Below, in pieces: positions 58,056 to 64,000 of a DNA stretch of 64,000 bases. The translations under genes and the position numbers were made by a program. The notes under the pieces are model-generated. The model had not been told where the DNA came from. It saw only the letters and a program-made list of their open reading frames with translations, and ran no database searches. The DNA is from a virus: positions 65,719-129,718 of the IMG/VR virus record IMGVR_UViG_3300020420_000009. One strand, 5' to 3'. Positions within the stretch are counted from its first letter, which is position 1. Every line of letters starts with the position of its first letter.

Positions 58056-58689
58056 AGACTATGGGATACTAGACAAGTATCAACTAAACTCAAATCTTAT
58101 TATATTGTTTGACGAAATCATAAATGTTGAAATGTGTGAAACATTGATTGTTGATTTCCAAAGTATACCAGCTGTAGAAACTGTAGTTATTGACGGTGTA
58201 GAACTACCAAAAGATGAGAAAATAAGAAACGAGGGTGTGTGGAGAGTAGAAAACAGACCCGACAATCAATGGGCAGTTCTCAATAAGACAAAAGTATTAG
58301 ATGATGTAGTGCAAAAGATAGACTTTGCATTACCAAAAGGATTCCATTTTGGAAATGTCACTCAAGGACAGTTTTTTCAATTGGGTGAGGGAGACCATGT
58401 TCCATGGAGTAATGCACAAAGTGAAATGGAGAAGGGAGATAGTGGAACAGTTATTATTTTTCTCAATGACGATTTTACAGGTGGTGATTATGTTGTTAAT
58501 AATCATGTAATCAAGACAAGACAAGGAACAGTGATAGGACACAACTATCACCAAAATTTATGGACAAGTTTTCAACCCATACATAAAGGGTGCAGATTTT
58601 ATTTACAACTCTATTTTGAGTTGCCAACAGATTTACAGGAGATAGTGGACAATGCCAGTGAAGTTCGGGAAGAGTCAAGTCAGAGTTGA
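58042..58689 (+). CDS. Divergent 2OG-Fe(II) oxygenase-fold protein
   Basis: IIFLNDDFTGG and KG.RF present; HxD and distal His not evident. Confidence 0.55.
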   Translation: MDITRDYGILDKYQLNSNLIILFDEIINVEMCETLIVDFQSIPAVETVVIDGVELPKDEKIRNEGVWRVENRPDNQWAVLNKTKVLDDVVQKIDFALPKGFHFGNVTQGQFFQLGEGDHVPWSNAQSEMEKGDSGTVIIFLNDDFTGGDYVVNNHVIKTRQGTVIGHNYHQNLWTSFQPIHKGCRFYLQLYFELPTDLQEIVDNASEVREESSQS

Positions 58690-58885
58690 CAGAGCTACAA
58701 AAAAAGTGACGATTGAACATGAGTATATGAAATGTCAATCAATAGACAAACTAATAGAAGCTTATAACAAAGACGGACAACGACCAAAATTAAAACAAAA
58801 GGTGAAGAACGAAATTGTAAGACGAAACAAACTTGGTCTATGCAATGTAGTGTTCAAACCAAAAGAAAACGAATTGGGGCTGTAG
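58652..58885 (+). CDS. Small basic hypothetical protein
   Basis: MPVKFGKSQ...KVKNEIVRR; last codons overlap the tRNA. Confidence 0.65.
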   Translation: MPVKFGKSQVRVDRATKKVTIEHEYMKCQSIDKLIEAYNKDGQRPKLKQKVKNEIVRRNKLGLCNVVFKPKENELGL

Positions 58886-58951
58886 CTCAGTTGGGAGAGC
58901 GCCTGCTTTGCACGCAGGAGGTCGGAGGTTCGACCCCTCTCAGCTCCACCA
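58876..58951 (+). tRNA. tRNA-Ala (anticodon UGC)
   Basis: GGGGCTG acceptor with G3:U70, D arm AGCTCAGTTGGGAGAGC, anticodon loop TTTGCAC, GGTTCGA T arm, encoded CCA; 76 nt. Confidence 0.96.
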
Positions 58952-58958
58952 TGTTATT

Positions 58959-59537
58959 ATGAAAGATATACAAGATTTAGGAGAACACATATTATTATTC
59001 AGAGGATTCTTTGACGAGACCTATTGTAATAATTGTATAGAAATATTTGACAAGTGTGAGAGACTAGGAATCACCTATGACAGAGGTAATATACCCTCAC
59101 TTGCAATGAAAGACCAAGCATTAGGTATAATAGAATTAAGTGGTTCTGCAATGCCATTTACCCAACAACTTACAGATATAATCAATCAAGAAATCATTCC
59201 CGAGTTCTTTAAGAAATATCCAATAGAAAACAACTATCAACATATCAGTCTAGGTAGTGCAAAAATGCAAAAGACAAGACCAACAGAAGGATATCATGTC
59301 TGGCACATGGAACACTGTAATGAAATTGCATCTAAAAATACATTACTTGCATGGGGATTGTTCTTAAATGACATAGAAGAAGGTGGAGAACTAGAATTCC
59401 TATATCAATCAAAAAGAATTAAACCACAAACAGGAGACTTTGTATTGTGGCCTGCTGGATTTACACATATGCATAGAGGTAATCCACCATTATCGGGTGA
59501 CAAATACATATTTACAGGTTGGATAGATTACATATAA
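58959..59537 (+). CDS. 2OG-Fe(II) oxygenase
   Basis: GYHVWHME, FLNDIEEGGE.EF, WPAGFTHMHRGNPP, KYI.TGW. Confidence 0.88.
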   Translation: MKDIQDLGEHILLFRGFFDETYCNNCIEIFDKCERLGITYDRGNIPSLAMKDQALGIIELSGSAMPFTQQLTDIINQEIIPEFFKKYPIENNYQHISLGSAKMQKTRPTEGYHVWHMEHCNEIASKNTLLAWGLFLNDIEEGGELEFLYQSKRIKPQTGDFVLWPAGFTHMHRGNPPLSGDKYIFTGWIDYI

Positions 59538-59968
59538 GACAAGCCACACCAAAAGATATACCAACTCTACAAAAACTTGAAGAGAATGGTGGTTTTGATA
59601 TTCCACCAAGAGTAAGTAGTGAATGGTATAAACAGTTTAGTGCTTACGAATACGCAGAGATATTAGAAGGAGTCTTTGTCGCTGAATTAGACAGCGATAT
59701 AGTCGGATATACAATAATTACACAGGTTCTAGATAGACACCACATATGTGAGACTGTTTTGCATTCTGATTATCATGGACAGGGACTAGGACAAGAACTA
59801 ATGAATTTTGGAAGCACATATGAAAGAGTGTTTTGTGAAGCCAGAGTAGATAATGAACCTAGTAGAAAAATGGCATATCGTTGTGGATTTGTAAATCATT
59901 CTTACATAAGAAACTTCTATAAAGACGGGTCAGATGCCGTATTAATGGTCTCAAAAGACTGGAATTGA
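59519..59968 (+). CDS. GNAT acetyltransferase (RimI-like)
   Basis: HGQGLGQEL motif A, N..S..M...CGF, NFY.DG.DA. Confidence 0.78.
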   Translation: MDRLHIRQATPKDIPTLQKLEENGGFDIPPRVSSEWYKQFSAYEYAEILEGVFVAELDSDIVGYTIITQVLDRHHICETVLHSDYHGQGLGQELMNFGSTYERVFCEARVDNEPSRKMAYRCGFVNHSYIRNFYKDGSDAVLMVSKDWN

Positions 59969-59979
59969 CCTATATACTA

Positions 59980-60030
59980 ATGTGACATTTATGTGACAAG
60001 AACGAGTAGGGAAACCGAAGGTCAGTCATT
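59980..60030 (+). promoter_or_regulatory. Structured leader (loop-E + GAAA tetraloop) with 11-bp-spaced ATGTGACA repeats
   Basis: TGAC...ACGAGTAGG-GAAA-CCGAAG-GTCA; ATGTGACA at 59980 and 59991. Confidence 0.45.
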
Positions 60031-60059
60031 GATAGTCACCAACATAACAGGAGATAAAA

Positions 60060-60179
60060 ATGCGAAAATATGCATCATTGTCTGCCTCGTATCTAAGGAA
60101 ACAAGGTCGACAATTTCACAAATTTATGAAAGCAGGCAGATTACCAAAAGTAATCAAAGCATGCGGTATTAATCAATAA
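60060..60179 (+). CDS. 39-aa basic peptide (not in ORF track)
   Basis: AGGAG RBS; MRKYASLSASYLRKQGRQFHKFMKAGRLPKVIKACGINQ. Confidence 0.65.
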   Translation: MRKYASLSASYLRKQGRQFHKFMKAGRLPKVIKACGINQ

Positions 60180-60185
60180 TACCAC

Positions 60186-60215
60186 TTGACAATACCCATG
60201 GTTTTCATGTATAAT
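60186..60215 (+). promoter_or_regulatory. Sigma70 promoter with -10 box inside an inverted repeat
   Basis: TTGACA-18 nt-TATAAT; CCCATGGTT/AACCATGGG; ATG at 60223. Confidence 0.8.
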
Positions 60216-60222
60216 GGGAACC

Positions 60223-60576
60223 ATGGGATATTTAAACTTAAGTTCCTCTATCCGTTATGGGCCACATGGTAAGAAGAGAAAGACCAAGGCCTTTACACAG
60301 AAGAAGAAGACTAAATACAATTTACTCATTGACGAACAACAGAAGATATATGATTCTGTTATGAAAGAAATCAAAGAGGAAGGTGTAAAATATCCTAGTT
60401 TTATTTCTAAGGGTGGTTTAGGTAATCCTACACCCAAGAAAGAACCTATGCAATATACAGGTGAGAGAAAACTATTGGGTATTGCAACAATGCACAAATC
60501 TAATCTAGTTCCAGTCTTTGAAGAAGAGGACGGTAATAGACAATTTGCAAAAGATTTGGCAAGAATGAGAAGATAA
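60223..60576 (+). CDS. Conserved T4-like hypothetical protein
   Basis: YTG....GIATMHKSNLVPVF...A.D.A.MRR. Confidence 0.75.
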   Translation: MGYLNLSSSIRYGPHGKKRKTKAFTQKKKTKYNLLIDEQQKIYDSVMKEIKEEGVKYPSFISKGGLGNPTPKKEPMQYTGERKLLGIATMHKSNLVPVFEEEDGNRQFAKDLARMRR

Positions 60577-61031
60577 TGAGAAACTTTAAAGCTCCAGCAA
60601 ATATTGCAACATTCTTTTTAAGAATACCCTTGTCTGCAATGTTCTTGCAACAAGGATTGAGTAAACTACCCGTCACTGGTGCAGTGGCAGAAGCATGGGG
60701 ATTACCCTATATTGTGTGGTGGTTTGTCACATGGGGTGAAATAGGTGCAGCTGTTGGACTCATGGTCGGTGGATTATTCTCACTGATACCATGGAACAAC
60801 AAACATTTCTTCATAACAAGAATATCAACACCTTTTGCAAAGGAAGTGATATATACCACAGGAGATTTAATAACTCGATTTAGTGGTATTACTATGACTT
60901 GTATTGCAACAGGTGTAATATGGATATTAAGTCCCGCGAGTTTATGGGATGTAATTTACAAAGATTACCTACATGTTAGTTTATATGTCGGTGGTCTATA
61001 TTTTGCATTACGAGGTAATGTAAAAGGATAA
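60576..61031 (+). CDS. DoxX-family membrane protein
   Basis: LRIPL...FLQQGLSK, GEIGA, TRFSG; 4 TMs. Confidence 0.75.
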   Translation: MRNFKAPANIATFFLRIPLSAMFLQQGLSKLPVTGAVAEAWGLPYIVWWFVTWGEIGAAVGLMVGGLFSLIPWNNKHFFITRISTPFAKEVIYTTGDLITRFSGITMTCIATGVIWILSPASLWDVIYKDYLHVSLYVGGLYFALRGNVKG

Positions 61032-61032
61032 C

Positions 61033-61137
61033 ATGGAAGTGTTATTTTGGAGTATAGTAGTTTTAACATGGGCATGTTATGGAATGCATGTGTTAAAAGA
61101 ATTTATACGGAATCATACAGGAGAAGAAAATGATTGA
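61033..61137 (+). CDS. 34-aa membrane peptide (not in ORF track)
   Basis: AAGGA RBS; MEVLFWSIVVLTWACYGMHVLKEFIRNH... Confidence 0.5.
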   Translation: MEVLFWSIVVLTWACYGMHVLKEFIRNHTGEEND

Positions 61138-61540
61138 ACCAATGATGAAAAAACCCAGTCGTTTTAGAAGATTCATGTTGGGTCTTGTTAACGGTTGGAG
61201 ACGAGTAATGGATGTGAGATATAATCCATTGAAGTATATACCCGACCCTTCATTACAGACTTACTTTATGTTAGTCTTATTCACAGTATGGAGTGTGTTC
61301 TTTGGGTTTCTAGCTGCAAACTATCTAGGGTGGTTTGGATATAATACGGTTGCAAGTATCATTATACATATAAGTATATTATTACCAATTGCATTTACCA
61401 ACGCAATCTTTATAGATGCAGAGAGAGATGGACATAAATGGTTGAAAGAGTGGAAAGAAGAACAATCAAGATATAAGATTGTTGCAAATAGACTCAAAAC
61501 TAAGAATCTAACCATATGGAATCCAAACAAGGAAGCGTAA
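61130..61540 (+). CDS. Membrane protein with 2 TMs
   Basis: W..VMD..YNPL..IPD..LQ.Y..LVL..VWS..F; AGGAG RBS. Confidence 0.7.
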   Translation: MIEPMMKKPSRFRRFMLGLVNGWRRVMDVRYNPLKYIPDPSLQTYFMLVLFTVWSVFFGFLAANYLGWFGYNTVASIIIHISILLPIAFTNAIFIDAERDGHKWLKEWKEEQSRYKIVANRLKTKNLTIWNPNKEA

Positions 61541-61689
61541 AACATATTGGGTTTCCATTACCCAGTGAAATGTTTACCCCACCTCCAAAAGAAAGAGAGG
61601 ATTGGGATAAACATGTTGCAATCACTAAATTGTTGGATATCCCATTGAAGTGTCCACATTGTGAGGCGGTATTAAAAGACACTAAATAA
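61516..61689 (+). CDS. 57-aa protein with CPHC (not in ORF track)
   Basis: Open frame fills the gap; single CxxC. Confidence 0.45.
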   Translation: MESKQGSVKHIGFPLPSEMFTPPPKEREDWDKHVAITKLLDIPLKCPHCEAVLKDTK

Positions 61690-61713
61690 TAATAGAAACA
61701 TTATGGAGAAACT

Positions 61714-62604
61714 ATGAGTGCAGTGACAACTTATTTTGTATATTGTGGTGACGGTGGAATGTCAGTGGAAGATGTTAATACTCTTACTGATTCTATGTCA
61801 CGACAAAGAATGTGGGAATCTCATGACGGTATAACTTTACATGAATTATATGTCGTGACCCCAAAAGACGAAGAACTATTCAACTCACCAGCAAAAATTA
61901 TAAACTTCCTAGACGAGGGAGACGGATACTGGAATATATTAAATGTCTTTAAGACGGCGGGAGAGACCGTAGACGCAGAACATAAGGTTTGTCTAATACA
62001 AGGACATACCCGTTGTAAAGATGTGACTTCTATACTGTCTCTTGAGAATATACCCGAACAAGGTATGACTAATAATCCACCAAAACCTATTAGTGACGAA
62101 GACAGAATCCGTATTACCAAAGATAAACTTATACCAGTGCAACAATTTTGTAATTGGTGGGACGATACAACAGAGTGGAGTCCTTATGTTTTTGGTGCAG
62201 CTGCAAGTTCTTTTTCTGAACTATACATACAACTATCCACAATCGAAGACCTACAATCAGATTACGAAGATTCACCAATCGGTCTCCAACAAGCGATAGA
62301 GGTAGAACTAGAGGATAAACTATACAGACTGGATAGTCCAAAAGGTGCAAGTGGAATATATTATATCAACGATAAGGATAAAAACCTAGAACTCAATGAG
62401 TTATGGGAATCAGAGGTTCGTCCATATTTCACTAACGGTGAATGTCCATATGGTTGGAGAGGTATTGGCGGTGATTCAGACTCTAAGTATATCGAATACG
62501 GACATGAGTATAGAGATATCAACAGACAATCCTCATATTATACGGTAATAGGAGAACCCTCAGACTCAGATGAATATTACCGATTATGGATAAGTCCACA
62601 GTAG
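61714..62604 (+). CDS. Acidic hypothetical late protein
   Basis: CTAAATA upstream; GGAG RBS. Confidence 0.65.
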   Translation: MSAVTTYFVYCGDGGMSVEDVNTLTDSMSRQRMWESHDGITLHELYVVTPKDEELFNSPAKIINFLDEGDGYWNILNVFKTAGETVDAEHKVCLIQGHTRCKDVTSILSLENIPEQGMTNNPPKPISDEDRIRITKDKLIPVQQFCNWWDDTTEWSPYVFGAAASSFSELYIQLSTIEDLQSDYEDSPIGLQQAIEVELEDKLYRLDSPKGASGIYYINDKDKNLELNELWESEVRPYFTNGECPYGWRGIGGDSDSKYIEYGHEYRDINRQSSYYTVIGEPSDSDEYYRLWISPQ

Positions 62605-63173
62605 AACACTATCACAAAAAGTATACAGGATTCTTCACAGGAGATGAATGTAAACAGATTTGTGATATCATAAAACGAGATAAGAACCTTATATTATCAT
62701 ATACTGATATAGACGATAATCAGAATGGATATGAGGGTCTTACTCGGTCTTTTACGGTTTACAACTGGTTATATCACCCCGACATACAACCACTGAATAT
62801 ACCACAAAGAATAGCTAAACTCAAAGAAATAGAATCAGATTATCTCTTTCTACAATGTTGGTGTAATGAACTAGAGACAGGGAAAGGATTACAAAGACAT
62901 GCACATGGGTTTAGAAAAGAACTCTTTTGGAACTGTAATATCTTTCTTGGTGGTGATTATAATGAGACATGGTATGAAGATAGTGGGAACATACAAAACG
63001 AGGTCGGAGACCTACACCTATTCACCAGTAATCTAGAACACGAAGTCTATCCCAATACAGGGAAGGAGAACAGATATTCTATGGCGATAGATGTTCACCA
63101 GTCGTTCTATCATTGTCGGAATCTATACAATTCGGGCCGATTCTATATACACAAACGAGACTCGCGGTCTTAA
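62586..63173 (+). CDS. 2OG-Fe(II) oxygenase (HxH type)
   Basis: QCWCN...HAH, GDL.LF...LEH.V, RYSMA.D. Confidence 0.78.
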   Translation: MDKSTVEHYHKKYTGFFTGDECKQICDIIKRDKNLILSYTDIDDNQNGYEGLTRSFTVYNWLYHPDIQPLNIPQRIAKLKEIESDYLFLQCWCNELETGKGLQRHAHGFRKELFWNCNIFLGGDYNETWYEDSGNIQNEVGDLHLFTSNLEHEVYPNTGKENRYSMAIDVHQSFYHCRNLYNSGRFYIHKRDSRS

Positions 63174-63805
63174 GGTTGTTTGGTATCAATCCCAAAGATA
63201 TTCATCATAGTCACCCAACGGTCTGAATTAGGGTCACCCGTATAACTATGGAATGAATAGTCGAAAGAAGGAATAAACATATAAGCTTTATTGACTTCCC
63301 AACCCAAATCCACAGGTTCCTCAGAACCATGCAAACCATTAAAAGTCGTAGGGACAGACTCTACAGGACTAAGCGGATTTAATACAGTCATTAATTTACC
63401 ACCGTCAGGGTGAGGTGGATAGGGTTGCATACCTTTAGGATTACCTTGCACCTTCTCATTAACACAGGTATGGTCATAGATATTCAATGCAAAGGGGTCA
63501 ACACCTTCCTTTTGTCCTATAGTAGTGAAGAGACAGGTATATTTAGCTGCTGGGAATAACTCTTGAAGATAATTCGGTATATTACCATTACGATAATGTT
63601 CATACAAGAGTGCAGATTTATTACTCGGAGGTATAGGTAGAGTGACATTAGGGTATAAATCAGAGGGTATATCACCAAAATCTATTAAATCTTGAGTCTG
63701 TCTTTGGAGTTCTTCCTCCGTAAGGTAGTTAGGAATCTCCCAAACAGGCCCGTATTTGTTGATATCTAGGGGGCTTAAATATATTTCAAAGGGTAAGAAG
63801 TGCAT
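63170..63805 (-). CDS. 2OG-Fe(II) oxygenase, the only credible minus-strand gene
   Basis: PHPD..KLMT, W.VNKAYMF, SFHSY, RW; AATAAATA 6 nt before its ATG on the minus strand. Confidence 0.72.
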   Translation of the reverse strand: MHFLPFEIYLSPLDINKYGPVWEIPNYLTEEELQRQTQDLIDFGDIPSDLYPNVTLPIPPSNKSALLYEHYRNGNIPNYLQELFPAAKYTCLFTTIGQKEGVDPFALNIYDHTCVNEKVQGNPKGMQPYPPHPDGGKLMTVLNPLSPVESVPTTFNGLHGSEEPVDLGWEVNKAYMFIPSFDYSFHSYTGDPNSDRWVTMMNIFGIDTKQP

Positions 63806-64000
63806 ACTGAATATTTATTATGTGTATACTATTTAGAGTGAATAAAAATAATACTCAGAGGTGATAATGGTGAAAGTGTGGATATTTTGCTTTTAGCCGT
63901 TCGCCTTCGGAGGTCTTAATCACATATTTTGTTGGGGGTCAAGGCGTCTCGGAGTAAATTGTCAGGCGAAATAAGGCCATATATTTGGCCATGGAGCCTT

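Noticed and set aside
58908-58958. N-terminal extension of the 58908 ORF (MHAGGRRFDPSQLHH)
   Set aside because: It is a translation of the tRNA; the likely start is ATG 58959
2861-62350. Many short minus-strand and alternate-frame ORFs in the track
   Set aside because: They shadow well-supported + strand genes and lack RBS, promoters or motifs; only 20756 and 5724 were kept as overlaps
1-64000. CRISPR array, integrase, transposase, rRNA, inteins, genetic code reassignment
   Set aside because: No repeat-spacer pattern or such genes seen; gp43, gp41 and NrdA have normal lengths; all three stop codons end genes normally

Overview
64 kb of an AT-rich T4-like myovirus genome, most likely a marine phage of a heterotrophic proteobacterium; nearly all genes are on the + strand. 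Core replication genes: gp47, gp46, gp45, gp44, gp62, regA, gp43, uvsX, gp41, gp61, nrdA, nrdB and a glutaredoxin. Host-like auxiliary genes: peptide deformylase, CobS/CobT-like pair, Hsp20, Prx5 peroxiredoxin, ACP, IscU, cytochrome c, DoxX, about 8 2OG-Fe(II) oxygenases and tRNA-Ala(UGC). Most notable: (1) a curli-type secretion locus (csgF, csgG, two curlin-like proteins) joined to a FecR-domain protein and a CHASE2 adenylate cyclase, with a gene overprinted on the cyclase; (2) a C5-methyltransferase + TET/JBP + P-loop kinase locus, with a by-eye k-mer footprint in which several restriction-like sites appear only when they overlap GpC; (3) many sigma70-type and late promoters whose predicted start of transcription falls on the ATG (leaderless mRNAs), some inside inverted repeats; (4) late proteins with T4-type capsid-targeting N-termini and internal (I/L)xE sites, suggesting packaged enzyme cargo; (5) several structured intergenic RNA candidates. 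All calls come from reading motifs by eye; no database searches or counts were run.
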